From Felis catus (Eukaryota), in assembly GCF_018350175.1 (NCBI RefSeq), contig NC_058368.1:203796001-203860000 (forward strand): a DNA stretch of 64,000 bases, given 5' to 3'. The number at the start of each line of letters is the position of its first letter. Positions within the stretch are counted from its first letter, which is position 1. Positions 13,029 through 25,847 of the stretch are shown here, piece after piece. The position numbers and the translations under genes are program-made. Under the pieces are notes generated by a model. The model was not told where the DNA came from. It did not search any database and saw only the letters and a list, made by a program, of their open reading frames with translations.

Positions 13029-13170
13029 CTGGAATTAATTCCTCACTAACAGTTCCAACAACAGAAATAGAGTAGTCCAAGATGAAGTGCTCCATCTATC
13101 CAAGAACATGTTTTGATTTCATCACTGATCCCATAGAAAAAAATTTTTCCCTCAAATGAAATTAGGCAAA
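13029..13170 (-). other. Candidate spliced exon (142 nt; non-coding, UTR or poison type)
   Basis: Minus strand acceptor gtctttctttacag| and donor CAG|GTAAAA in repeat-free sequence; stops in all three read-through frames; an internal ATG gives MEHFILDYSISVVGTVSEELIP, which I do not recognise. Confidence 0.35.
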
Positions 13171-14949
13171 CTGTAAAGAAAGACATGCACATTGGCTAAC
13201 TGTGACTACTCATAAATGTAAGGATCTCAAAGTTACTAACCAAGCCATAGGATCTATGGCTTACGTTTTTCAAATTCCAGGAAACATCCTATTCTCATAG
13301 TTAGAGTAACAGCGACAATGAAGAAATTTCCTTGCCCACATTCTCCAGACTATTTTATAACTTTAGTCCACAAGCAAAGCTCAATACTGAAATGCTTTCT
13401 AATAAACAAGTTGAGTACATTTTTTGGAACAGATGATACAGACCTTAAGAGAAATGTTAAATAAAAAATCCAGAATGAAGACCCCTTTTGTATCTAAAAT
13501 CTACAGTTTGACCTGACTAAAGAACAAATAATCATATGTATAATACTTGAAAACTATAAAAATCAAAAAGTCTAGATGTACTAAGGGATTATGTAGTTTG
13601 AAAGAATACAATTCCTTCCTTAAAAGAACACTCATCCACTTGAGTTCAAACCACCCCCTCTCAGGAGATCGTGCATCAATGAAAACAAGGAAATATTATG
13701 TTAAAGAATCTACTTTGTCTTCAGGTTGGTAACAAAAAATACAGGAGAGAACTCTAAAATAGAAAGTTCTTAGTCACTTTTATTCATTGATATAACCAAT
13801 GTTTACTGATTCTTTTTGTGGTACGTGGAAAAAAAATGATGTAATTTCTGCTCACAAGAAATTAGCAATTCAAAAGCATACATTGACATTTTTGATGAAC
13901 TATAATAATACAAGATGAAATGAAATGCCATATGAGTAATACAAAGCCCTGTGTATGTTCAGAAAAGAGCAAATTAGAAGAACCAAGAAGGAAGCATCTA
14001 TGGCACATCAGGGACTGAGGGCAAGGGGGGACATTTACTACCTTTATTGATCGATAATGTTGGGATTGGACCTTGATCTATAGATAGCATACTGGTCAGT
14101 ACTGATGATTGAAATGGCATCCCAAGAAGAGAAAAAGGCTCCTACAAACATAGGGCAGTGTAAGGATGTTCAGGATTCATTAACAAAAACAGTTAAATAG
14201 TTTAGGGTACATGGAGACACATAACTGATGAGGAGAAAACCTTTGGAAAGAAGGCTGGAAAATCAGGTCAAATCAGGTATTGTCCAGAAATAAAGATACA
14301 AAGTTTACATTTTGTTACACAGAGGAAACATCAAAATTTTTTAAAGCAGAAGCTATATTTATTATATAATTGCATTTATATATATTATATGTAATATAAT
14401 ATAGATTATATTTATATGTTTATTATATGTAATCTATGAGTGTGGGGACCACTACACTGGAGCATGGAGCTCTGAAATAGTACAAAATGTAGTGAGTACA
14501 CAACTCAAGTGGCACTCACAAAGTAATCAAGAAATTGATAAAAGTAGTCATAACTGAGTAGCATCTTTGCCCTAAGTTTAAGGGGATAAGAAAGAAAAGT
14601 CTGCTGAGTTTATGTCAATAAAGTTTATTAAGAACTTTCTAAAAGTGTAAGAAGTTATACCCAATATGAATTTAGCCTTCGAGGAGCCTCTGGCAACAAA
14701 GTAATTGTTACAGTACAAAGTTGTAAGTCCATTAATAGCAAGTAATGCTGGAGTATTGGGAAATCAGAAAAGCAGCAAGGGCAGGTACGGATGATAGGTT
14801 TCCTGGAGGGAACAACAGTTTAAGCCAAGTCTTAAAGATTTCATAGGAATCGAGCAGGCAAAGAAAAGGGAGAAGAGCTTACTAGGCATAGAAAAAGGCA
14901 GGAATAAAGGATTTAGAAAATCAAGGAGCTGTTCAAAACTGCACAGGGT

Positions 14950-16880
14950 ATCAATTTCTCCACATTCTAACACTTCCTACTCTGTTTTGTTGATACAAGC
15001 CACCCTAAGGGGGTGTGAAGTGATAGCTTGTTGTGGCTGCAAATGTATTTTTAAACCTGCAAGAAATTGAGTATTTTCTGAAAAAATAAGTGCCTCCAGA
15101 AGACAGTAAATCTAAACAGACAAATTACCAATGGAGAAACAGAGAAAACTTTAGAGCTAATTTTCACATGGTTTCACTGGGGTAGTCTATGAATCTGCTA
15201 AAAAGCCAATAATTCCAAAGCCATGTAAGCTTTTCCAGAGCATAGTAAAATAAAAAGTAAATAAAAGATAAAAAAAAAAAACCACTCATGTATTAGGATA
15301 TGGATATAACTTTGATGTAAAAACCCAACAAAGGATGTACACACAAACTATAGGCCAATATCACATATGAATATTGAGAATAAATTGAAAATAGGAAACA
15401 AAATCCAGCATCACATTAAATGAAACCACAAGCCAGGGGAATGAAAGAGTGTTTCAACATTAGATACTAGGGGGAAAAAAAATTATTGTCACAGATTCTG
15501 GAAAGGCATTTGATAATATTCAATGTCATTAAGTTTTAAAAATCTCAATAAAATAGTAATGGAAAGATTTCATATCTCAACCTCCAAATCAGCACCATAT
15601 CTAATGAAGATAGCAGATGACTTTCCAACTAAAGGCAGAAACAAGATCACTCTCACCACTGCCCAATGAAATTAAGGAAGTGGGGAATAAAAGCATAGAT
15701 GTAAAAATCAGAGAAAAGTAAAAAGGTTACTACGTGTGGGTGATATGACTGGATAATTTGAGAACCTGAGAGATTCAGGTTCGAAAACAATGAAACTACC
15801 ATAACTGAGGAACTACCACAAATGTTATGGGAAATTAGTAAAGTTGTAGGATACAAAACTAATGTACACAAATAAACAGCGCTTATATGAACAAAGAAGA
15901 ATCAGTAGAAGCTAAAAGTTGAGCATCATTTCCTCTTTCAATGACTACTTTTATTTCCTCTTCTGTGAACTCCAGGCTCATTTTTTTTTCAATTGTTCTA
16001 CTGTTTATTGTTTCATGAGCATTCGTATTTTAAGGAAATTAGCTCTTTTTCTTCAAGTTATATTTTCTTCCAATTTAGTATTTGCCTTTTGTTGACTGTG
16101 CTTACAGTAATTTTCCCCATGGAGAATTTTTTCCCTCTATGGTTGACCTCATTAGTCTTTTCTGTGGTTTCTCTTATGACTTTTTTATATATTAATTTTG
16201 ACCCAATTAGAATATACTCCTAGCAGAAGGTATTATGTACAGATCCAATTTTATTTTTTTCATCCAGCTTCCCAGTTTTCTCAACACCATTTACTGAAAA
16301 ATGAATCATTTCCTCAATGATTTGAGACACAATCTCAAACAGTTACTCTTATACGGTGTAGATGGGAATGTAAATTTGTACATCAATAGGCAATATGCAT
16401 CCGAATTACAGCACACATACCCTTTAAACCAGGAATTGCTCATCTAAGAGTTTATCTCACAGATATACACACACAGGAAAAAATGATTGCACAAGATTAT
16501 TTGCTATGTGTTGTGTAATAGCAAAAGTTTGTAAGTAATCTACATGTGCAGATATAAGAAACTGGCCAAATATGGTATGTTTATATAACGGAATAAAATA
16601 CAGCCATAGAATTAATAAAGGTGCTTTTCTATGGGAAGCTCTCCAAAATCTTTTAAGCTTAAAAACACTATAGAATCCTGCCATTAAAAAAAAATGAGGA
16701 CAAATGAATATATGGGTGTTTATTACACACAAAATATTTCTGAATGGAAATACACTAGTTGTCTGTGGAAAGAGGAGCAGTGACTGAGATTCAGGAATAA
16801 GAGGCCAAGTGTTTCTCTCAATTCCCTTTATTATTTTCTGAATTGTGAATCATGTGAAAATACTACCTATCGGAAAAATT
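14950..16880. mobile_element. Interleaved ancient L1 fragments (-: 14950-15050 and 15918-16330; +: 15050-15917 and 16350-16880)
   Basis: Plus ORF2-like motifs (aaggcatttgataatattcaa, taaagttgtaggatacaaaactaatgtacacaaat) between minus-strand L1 motifs (ggtgtgaagtgatag...; gttgagcatc...; caacaccatttactgaaaa). Confidence 0.75.
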
Positions 16881-16955
16881 AAATAATTGGGTTAGGGAGA
16901 GAGAAAACAAGAAAAATAAATAAACAGTAAGAGGTCATTTGAAATTCTATACTCT

Positions 16956-17139
16956 GGGGCACCTGGATGGCTCAGTCGGCTGAGTGTCCGACTTCAGCTC
17001 AGGTCATGATTTCACAGTTCACAAGTTTGAGCCCCACGTCAGGCTCCGTGCTGACAGCTCAGAGCCTGGAGCCTGCTTTGGATTCTGCATCTCCCTCTCT
17101 TTCTGCCCCTCCACTACTCAAACTCTGCCTCTGCCTCTG

Positions 17140-17175
<36 letters not shown>

Positions 17176-17199
17176 AAATAAACATAAAAAAACTTTTTT
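16956..17199 (+). mobile_element. Can-SINE
   Basis: Full head, (CT)n, tail; TSD aattctatactct (16943-16955 and 17200-17212). Confidence 0.96.
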
Positions 17200-17611
17200 A
17201 ATTCTATACTCTAATCAACATAATCTAGAGGTATTTGGCAGAAGACTCTAAAAAATAACCATAATTTTTAATTTCTCAATTTTAAATTGACCGAACATGT
17301 ATTGAGCACTTGAGTTAATACATCCACAGAAAAAAAGTTTTCTAGTGAATTAAGTGGACTCTTAGATTAAAATTCTACTGTAGTTCCCTCTAACAGCAAT
17401 TGTTTTTAAAGACTGATGCCAATTTTTCTAGTTTTCCAAAAACTTACTTTGAATTTTACTTTTATCTAGTACTGAATTAACCTAGTAAAAAAAAAATCAG
17501 CCAATATACTTTTTAACCTTATTTTTCCACCCAGCTAAAGAGACTTCTCTTCTATCACCCCAACCACTATTCAGCACTACTTTAAAATAAAAAATCAAAT
17601 CAATACGTGGG

Positions 17612-17829
17612 TTTTTATTTATTTATTTATTTTGAGAGACAGAGATAAAGCATGAGCAGGGGAGAGGCAGAGAGAGGGAGAGAAAGAGAATCCCAAGCAA
17701 GCTAAGCACTATCAGTGCTGCACTGATAGTGCTTAGCTTGCTTGGGCAGAAACTCACACACCGTGAGATCATGACCTGAGCTGAAACCAAGAGTCAGATG
17801 CTTAAACCACTCAGCCATCCAGGCGCCCC
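17612..17829 (-). mobile_element. Can-SINE with an internal perfect palindrome
   Basis: Reverse-complement head (caggcgcccc) and T-rich tail; middle replaced by a fold-back at 17692-17746. Confidence 0.95.
17692..17746. repeat. Perfect inverted repeat, 27-bp arms with 1-nt spacer
   Basis: cccaagcaagctaagcactatcagtgc-t-gcactgatagtgcttagcttgcttggg, checked base by base. Confidence 0.98.
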
Positions 17830-20800
17830 AGCACTATTTTACAAAACATCTCTGAATCTTCATTCCTACTCTTCCCTGATAACTGAGTTGGTATAAAATT
17901 AATTATTCTTTAAATTTAGAAGATAATTATTGGTTAGGGAAACAGAGTTTAATGTTAGTCAGCCCTTTTTAATTATCTTCATGGCAAATATACATTTACT
18001 TTCCATTTCTCTTTAGAATTTAGCACAGTATTGTAAAACTTCAAAGACTCCATCATCACAAGTAGGAATTTCCTAATGATATTTACAGGCATAAAAACAA
18101 TCAAATGAATCTGTAGTTTTTAAGCAGTTTTCACAGCAGCCCAGTGAAGTAAATAGGAAATAAAGGAGGATCTTTGTTGGGGGCTGGGGGAATGGGGGGG
18201 CTACAGTGGGGGGAGGGTCATTCAAATAATGGCATGAAATTGTAGCTATTGCAAACCTCCTAAAATAATTAAAAGCTTTAAGTCTATAGTTTGTTTTTAA
18301 AGAAAAAAATCCATCTTCTTTGAATAAAGAACATTCTAGAGTGGAACAACACTCTAGATGGATTTCATCTCGTTATTTAACAAAACAGGAGAAAGTTTTA
18401 ACATGCCCATGATGCTCCCAGCATAGATGAACACAGATAATGCTGCGCTGTGGGGAAATTTTTCTAACACATCAATGTATAGCCAAAAATTAACCAAGAT
18501 GAAATGAAAGTAAGCTAAAAATAATCACTAACTTACTAGCCAATAAGTAAATATTGTGTCATTTTTTTCAACTATATTTCTAGGTCAGGACCTTCTACCA
18601 GATTAACTGCTTCAAATTATTTACCTTCCACTGTCCTCTAAAACTTTTCTGAAAATTATCCAGGAGTGTCTACCTGAATTTTCAATTGTGTTTTCTCCTG
18701 AGGAAATAATGTTTAAGCTTACACCATATAGCCAGTTAAGCTTTCACCACATTCGTCAATTTCAGACGTTTACAAAATTATCCTGAAAATTTTATCCTGA
18801 AGCTATAGTCCTTGAAACCAAAACCTAAGAAGATAATTTCATCTTTGTAATGCAACTCTTGTTTTCCCACTTTTGCCTTCCCTAGTACCCCTCATTCAGA
18901 TTTCTCCATGAGCCTAATCTAGTTTGAGGGCCATTCTGAGAAGCACAGGAATAATATTACCACCCGGAGTCCAAAATATCAGTCAGGATGGGAATTAGGC
19001 CGCCTTTCACAGACTTGAACTGCTAGGCCAATCTAAGCTCTACCTATCCACCAGACCCGGGAAGCATCATGATTAAGGCTCACCTTGGCATATGTTTAAG
19101 CCCAGAACCAGTACTCCTCACTCACTCGTCGACCTACTGGAATTTGGCTTTGATGTCCCTTTCATGGTGGCTCCAACTAACATGCCTGTTACCTAGGTCA
19201 CCTTATAAAAGTGAACTTTGTGTGCAGCTTAAATGTTCTCTAGAGCTAGACCATCCTGGCAGATCTCCTACCACATGACAACATCTCAAATTGGCCATCT
19301 TCCCATCCTACTTCTAGATGAAGACCCCACATTTAATTTTTTTTTGCTCAGCCTTCTAGTCCTAGACTTCCACAGACTTGCTCAGTGAGCTCCTTTGCTA
19401 TACCTTGGGCTACTTAATTCCTCTAGATAAAACTTTTCTCTAGAACTGGGTTTCTGAATTCTAACCTTAAGTCATCCACCTTTCTTGCCCTCCTGCCACA
19501 GGTAATAATAAAGAACAGAGAAAAAATGGCATTCTCCATACCGAAAACACTGTGTGTTTTGAGCTGTCAATACAAGTTGTCTCTAGTAAGATAAGATTCA
19601 CGTACATGTAAATATTCCTCCAATGAATCATCTCAAGTATTTACTCAGGGGAAGAAAATGCATTAAAATGAATAAAGGTATCTTCATCCTTCACGAGTCC
19701 TACATCATCTGCAATACCGGACACATAGAGTTACTAATACTTCCCAGATTTTAATAAGTCTTTGCAAACCTAAGATCGGACAGCTATAAATAGACTAATT
19801 TGGCTTAGAATGGATAATTTAAAAATCAGTGACCATTTCTATAGAGCCTACTTACTTAAACCTGATCTTGCATATCTTGTAGAGACTGGCAAAAGCAGGA
19901 TTCAATAGAGCACAAGACAAAAATTAAGTAAGATCTGGGAAGCAGTACTCAACTAGAAATTAAAGCAATCACTTCAGAGAAAGACTGGAAGAGGGAGTAA
20001 GGGGGCATATTGGAATAAATTATTTAACTGTCTTTCCTATACTTTCCTAAAAGTGACTAATTTCTAATATAAAGTCATTCGCTCTTCTCCAGTGCCTACC
20101 TGATCTTAGAGTACTATAAGGGTGAAATGCTGATTGAGATCTCTTCCAAGTCAAATAGTGCACGCATTATAGCATATGTAGCACATTGTTAGGAAAAAAG
20201 TTACTACTTTCTCTAATGTTGAGCGGCCACAGATAGCTGGCATGTGTCCATATCCCAGCCGCGGGACCCTAGAGGGTACATCAGATTGTCAAGTTTTGAA
20301 GCTCAATGGGCTACTTTGAAGGTAGAGGAAGAGGTACCCAAATCAGGACCACTGGCTGGGGCAGAGTGGGAGAAGGAAGCTCTCAAGTACAGTAAGTAGT
20401 TATAAGAGTCTGTAATGTTTCAGGTCCCGACATTGAAAACTTCATGGAATCAAACTGGAATGTTATTAGAGGAGCCTACCACATAACAGAAAACACAATG
20501 AGAGTTGACTCCAATAGTAATAGGGGGAAAAAAATCCACATTTGTAGCCCATTGAGCTGAGACTGCTCAAAATGGTTACAGTAATATTCATTTTCTATAG
20601 ATTATTATCAATAAAAAAATATGACAAAGTCTAAAAGAATTTTCTAGCCCATACCTTTGCATGTGCTCAGGAAGCTCCAGAAAGGTGAAAATCCTATCTA
20701 TTCTACAATCCCACTTACAGGGAACTCTTCTTCCTAAAGCTACTCTAATGCTTCATAACTCTATTAGCGGGGAAATTTCCTCATGAAGTTGAAAATCTTT

Positions 20801-22092
20801 TATAAATGGCAAATGTCTATGTATATTCCTAAACATCATAACAATTTTAGGTTCCCCACCCTAAATGAGTAGGTCTTATTTTAGTCAACAACCTAACGTT
20901 CCTGGTCTTTCATGCTAACCTACACAAGCACAATGTAAAAACCAAAAATGTTTCAGGTGGTCTTTCCTTCTTAGCAAATCCCTTTCCTCCTGAGCATGCA
21001 CTTTGTACCTATACCTTCAAAAGGTCAATGTGACTAAACAGGTCAATAAAACTCCAAATAATTTCTAGACTCGATGCAATGCAAAGCTAACACATCAGTT
21101 TATCAGAGATATTGATTACGTTGAGGTTTCCAAAGGGGATAGTATATCACAGTGCCATGTATAAAAAGACACTGGGACTATCCAGTTATGTGAGAATTAG
21201 GATCTTGAAGGGTTGATAGGACAAGTGGATACTGGTGAAGAATTCCTCTACCTTCTGGAATTTCATGGAAGAAACATCTGGCAAGAGGGTAACAGTTAAC
21301 ACTCTCAGGACTGAAGTGGGACAAAGTAAAAGGTATATAGGAAATTTGGGAGACAGTACCAAAGACATTGCTGTGGCAGATAAAATGTACAGAATGGAGA
21401 CAGAATGGAGAAGCACGACTGTCACTGTTTACCTAAAAGATGTTTTCTGTCAATAACTGGTCAACATAAAGATGTGCTGTCACCATTGCATAAAAATAGA
21501 GAACAACCAGCACCCAGAATTACTTTGTAGGGAGGGAAGAGGGAAGCCCTTGACCCAGAAGGATAAAATGTCGCAACTTTCAATTGCGTCCTAAGCCAAA
21601 TATTCACAAAAAGATCTCTTGCCAAGAAAAAAAATACTTTCCTAATTTGTTTCTTTTGTTGCGTTTTGCTTTGAATTTTAAAAGTTCTTTTTTGTTTTGT
21701 TTTAAAGGGCAAACTCATAAATATTTACAGAGATCTTACTAAGCAGAAAAAGAGATTAGAAAATGTTTTTGAATGAAGGCAACATGTTTCATGTAAATTG
21801 AATTATACAATCAATTTTATATTAAGAAAGAACTTATAATCACAAAATATAATCTACTTTATGAGACATCTTAAATGATATGAGAAGTTAAGATAAATCC
21901 AAAGTGTTTTGTATTTGTTATGGTTCAAGTTAAATTTAATGAACACGTTGGCACCTAAAACAGTAAGCAAAAGCTATATACTATTAAATGTCACTAAATA
22001 CAAATATTAATACTTAATAAGTCTTTGTTTCAAGATTTTAATTTAAAAATATCACACATACTGCTAACCATTTAAAATTCTGTTTGTTACAT

Positions 22093-22297
22093 GGGACATC
22101 TGGGTAGCTCAGTTGGTTGAGTGTCTGACTCTTGATTTTGGCTCATGGTTCAGGAGACTGAGCCCCATTTCAGGCTCTGAGCTGACAGTGTGGTGCCTGT
22201 TTGGGATGCTCTCTCCCTCTCTCTCTGCTCCTCCCCTGCTCATGCACGCATGCTCTCAAAATAAACAAACACTGAAATAAATAAAAAATAAAAATAA
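22093..22297 (+). mobile_element. Can-SINE (older, small internal deletion)
   Basis: gggacatctgggtagctcagttgg...ctctcaaaataaac plus A-rich tail. Confidence 0.92.
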
Positions 22298-23457
22298 AGT
22301 ACCATTTATTACAGGGTCTTATAAAACCTGATTTTATATTTTCCTCTGTGCCCAAGATTAGAGTAAAAATTTCTCAGTTACCACTTCATAAATACATAAA
22401 GTTGAAGCATACTTGTGATTTACTGGACAGTGATAATGGGTGCAAAAACCTTATTTGTGTTTTCTTGAAAAACAAGCTGGTTGCTAAAAAACAAACAAAC
22501 AAACAAACTTTCACTTTAATCACTAAAAGCCTCCTTGCAACAGCACCACCACAGAGACATTTCAATTAGTTGTTTCAAAAAAATAAAAATAAAATTTTTG
22601 TTTTAGATAGTCTTGTTCATTGTGAGGTACTTAATGGGGAAAACAGTTTTTAAAACAGGATTCTTTGAGGGTGGTTTACACTTAAAAGTTTCATCCTCAA
22701 ATTATAGAAGTATTTAAATAAATACAGGTTAAATTCCATTTGTTCCATTCTCTTACATATTTTATCAGTTCCTTTAGAGTCTTAGTAACCCCAAATAAAA
22801 TTATCACATGTATAATTAAGGGAGCCCTCGGCCACTAAGGGTGAAAAGCTAGAAGTTTTGTGATTCATCCAGGTTCAGCTATAAACTGGGCATCTGAAAT
22901 ACTCTTACCACCCATGTAAAGTTTTAGACATGCCCTCAAAGAAGATCTACATCTCCTTGGTTTTTGGTTTACTGACAAGCTAACAATTCATGAAGTGCCT
23001 CACAGATCCTAACAAGAAAAGCAAAACAGAGAAAGTACTAACAAAAAGAAGTTTCCACTACCCTGCCGAAAATACTGCATTTCCTTTTCACAAAACAATT
23101 AAGAAAATTAACACAAGTCAGCTGTGTCTATAGGCCAGCGGTGTCTGGAAAGGAGTCAGCTATGTTTTGTCTTTAAGTTGCAGAAAAATATGGAGAAAGA
23201 AACTGATCATTAATAATCCATTCATTGATCAAATATTAATCAAGGGCTCTTTAGAAAATAAAAGTTATCATGACATACATCATCCTTCTGAAAAGATGGC
23301 TGCAATGCTAAATGCTTACTCACTTTCCTTTGTATCCTAGGAGATTATGTTTTCTCACAAAACCTCAACTGATTTAAGAAATCCAGCATTAAGGTAATTG
23401 TTAGGATACGAGGAGGAGCACAACAGTTTCCTTTGATAAATAAAAAACTCCAGTGAT

Positions 23458-23672
23458 GGGGGTGCCTGGGTGGCTCAGTCGGTTGAGTGTCCGACTTCGG
23501 CTCAGGTCATGATCTCACGGTTCTTGAGTTCGAGCCCTGCGTCGGGCTCTGTGCTGACAGCATAGAGCCTGGAGCCTGCTTAGAATTCTGTGTCTCCCTC
23601 TCTCTCTGCTCCTCCCCCACTCATGCTCTCTCTCTCTCTCCTTCAAAAATAAAAAAAATAAAATAAAAAATA
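23458..23672 (+). mobile_element. Can-SINE
   Basis: ggggtgcctgggtggctcagtcgg head, (CT)n, A tail. Confidence 0.96.
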
Positions 23673-24238
23673 AACTCTGGTAACAATGAAAACTGAATTC
23701 CCCAAAACCCCTCATAGCTTTTCCCCTTTCTCTAAAGTCTAGAATTCCATAATTTAGATCACTCTCTTAAGTGTGGGAAAAGTAAAGCATGTTTTATGTA
23801 TCTAAGGGTCAATACTTATGGAATAGGTGATTAAAATACATTTTCAATGCATCATATTAACAATTGTGTGAAGGTTAGAGTTGAGGCAAAAATTAGAATT
23901 TATACAGCTTTGATTTTTACACAAATTCTAAATAGGTCAAATAGAGGCTTTTTTTAAACATAAGTTAAATGTGTGTTTCTCTAGCAAGCCATCACTAGTT
24001 AATAACTTCCATCATAGACTTAAAATTATATTGAGTATTTAAAAACCACATTTGCAACAGAAGTTGTTGAATAGGAATTAGAAAAAAAAAATAAAATATA
24101 ATGAGAGTTCTAAAACACAGTGTGGTTATTTGGATAAACAGAAACTAGGGAATTATGATTATTAATCTTAATTTTCCTATAAATCCTTTGACACAGAACC
24201 TTAATCTGTTCTATTTTCCTTAGCTATGAGACAAGTAG

Positions 24239-24276
<38 letters not shown>
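24239..24276. repeat. (TA)n microsatellite
   Basis: Direct reading. Confidence 0.97.
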
Positions 24277-24278
<2 letters not shown>

Positions 24279-24333
24279 CACCTTTTGTAGTAGGGTTGTA
24301 TGAAATATAACCAATTTTGTGTCCAATCATTTT

Positions 24334-24541
24334 TAAGTTTTATTTATTTTGAGACAGACTGAGAGAGTATGATGAGGGAGGGGCAGGGAGAGACAGGAGG
24401 AGGGAGAGAGAGAATCCCAAGCAGGCTCCACACTTTCAGTGCAGAGCCTGATGCAGGGCTCGATCCTACAAACCGTGAGATCATGACCTGAGCCGAAATC
24501 AAGAGTCAGATGCTTAACCAACTGAGCCACCCAGGCGCCCC
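24334..24541 (-). mobile_element. Can-SINE
   Basis: Reverse-complement consensus; TSD tccaatcatttt on both sides. Confidence 0.96.
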
Positions 24542-25847
24542 TCCAATCATTTTCAAAGCAATTTAAAAGTGGGAAAATAACTGTTTTGACATGAATGTTG
24601 ATTGAAAACAATCAAAAGGATATACTAGGTAGACTGACATAACCCAATGTTGTAATAAATACCCTCTGGATAAGAAGTTCTAAATGCAGGTTCAAAGGTA
24701 GAAATTATCTCACATGCACAGCATTGCTCTATCCAGTTGCCTTAATATTCTCAATTTCCATTTCAAAATTCCTGTCCATATTTATAATTCTCAGCTTGGT
24801 ATCAAATTCTGCCCTTGGCTATAAAGTCATTATTTTTATTGTCTTGGAAAACATCCACGTGCTAAGAGAAAAACAAATGTTATAACTCATACTTATTTTC
24901 ATTCTTCTAAGCACTGCCCAAATTCAGAATTGCTCCCTATTGCCTCGTGCAGCACTTTTCCATCGACAAGTATGTCGTCAATTCAAAGGTTCTGCAATCA
25001 TCATTTTTAATAAAACAAATCCAAAAATCAAAATGCGAAATTTCTTTTAAATGCTTTCTTTCCCCCGAAAGGTTACAACTGCTTTAAAACTATGTGTAAA
25101 AAAAAAAAAAAAAAAAATTAAAAATGCAAACCTTAACGTTCTATTAAAGAAATTGTATCTGAAATATTAATTAGCATTTAATAAGCTATCTTCATTAAAA
25201 GGGGTGGGGAAGCCAGGGAGGCAAAGTGTCTGCTGAAAGAATGACCTGGGAGACGCTCCCCAGCAGGCTCCTAGATAGAGTGAGAGGCAATTCCCATTTT
25301 CCTACACTCCCCTGAGAGGTCCCTGGTGAGCTACCATGGAATATGATCAAAACCCCACAATCGTTACCTAGCAACTGTAATTTCTCTCTGCAAAACCAGA
25401 CAGTAGAGGAAAAGAAGAAAGAACAGCATACAATCTAGAGAATTACTCTAGTTTTTAAGGAAGGGAGAAACAAAGCTAAGTAAAAAAAGCATCAGTTAAA
25501 CATCCAGTTGGGGAGGAGGGGGGGGTCTTCGGAAGTTATGAATAAACCTAAGAATCTTGACTTATTAAGTCCTAAAGTTGGGGGAGAAAGACAATTTTAG
25601 TTCAGGTATGAAATTTAAGTAGGAAATGAAAGTTTAGTGTAGGCAGTGTAGGTAGAAAGTATCCAGTTATATCTAAACTTGAACAATTCTTTAAATATTG
25701 CTAGGTTATGCTAATACTCATCAATAAGTATGCTTTTCTATTACAAAATTGTTTTACTGTCATTATAATTAGCAGAATTAATGGAATTAGAGTTTCTTAA
25801 ATCCAAGATGAAAGTGTCCCATAGAAAACTAGACCACCACCACATCC

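Noticed and set aside
19647..19708. Possible minus-strand exon reading DVGLVKDEDTFIHFNAFSSP
   Set aside because: Weak polypyrimidine tract and donor, and the peptide is not recognised.
23341..23393. Possible plus-strand 53-nt exon (ctttgtatcctag|...AAG|GTAATT; EIMFSHKTSTDLRNPAL)
   Set aside because: Isolated, unrecognised peptide, opposite to the inferred transcription direction; such splice-like pairs arise often by chance.
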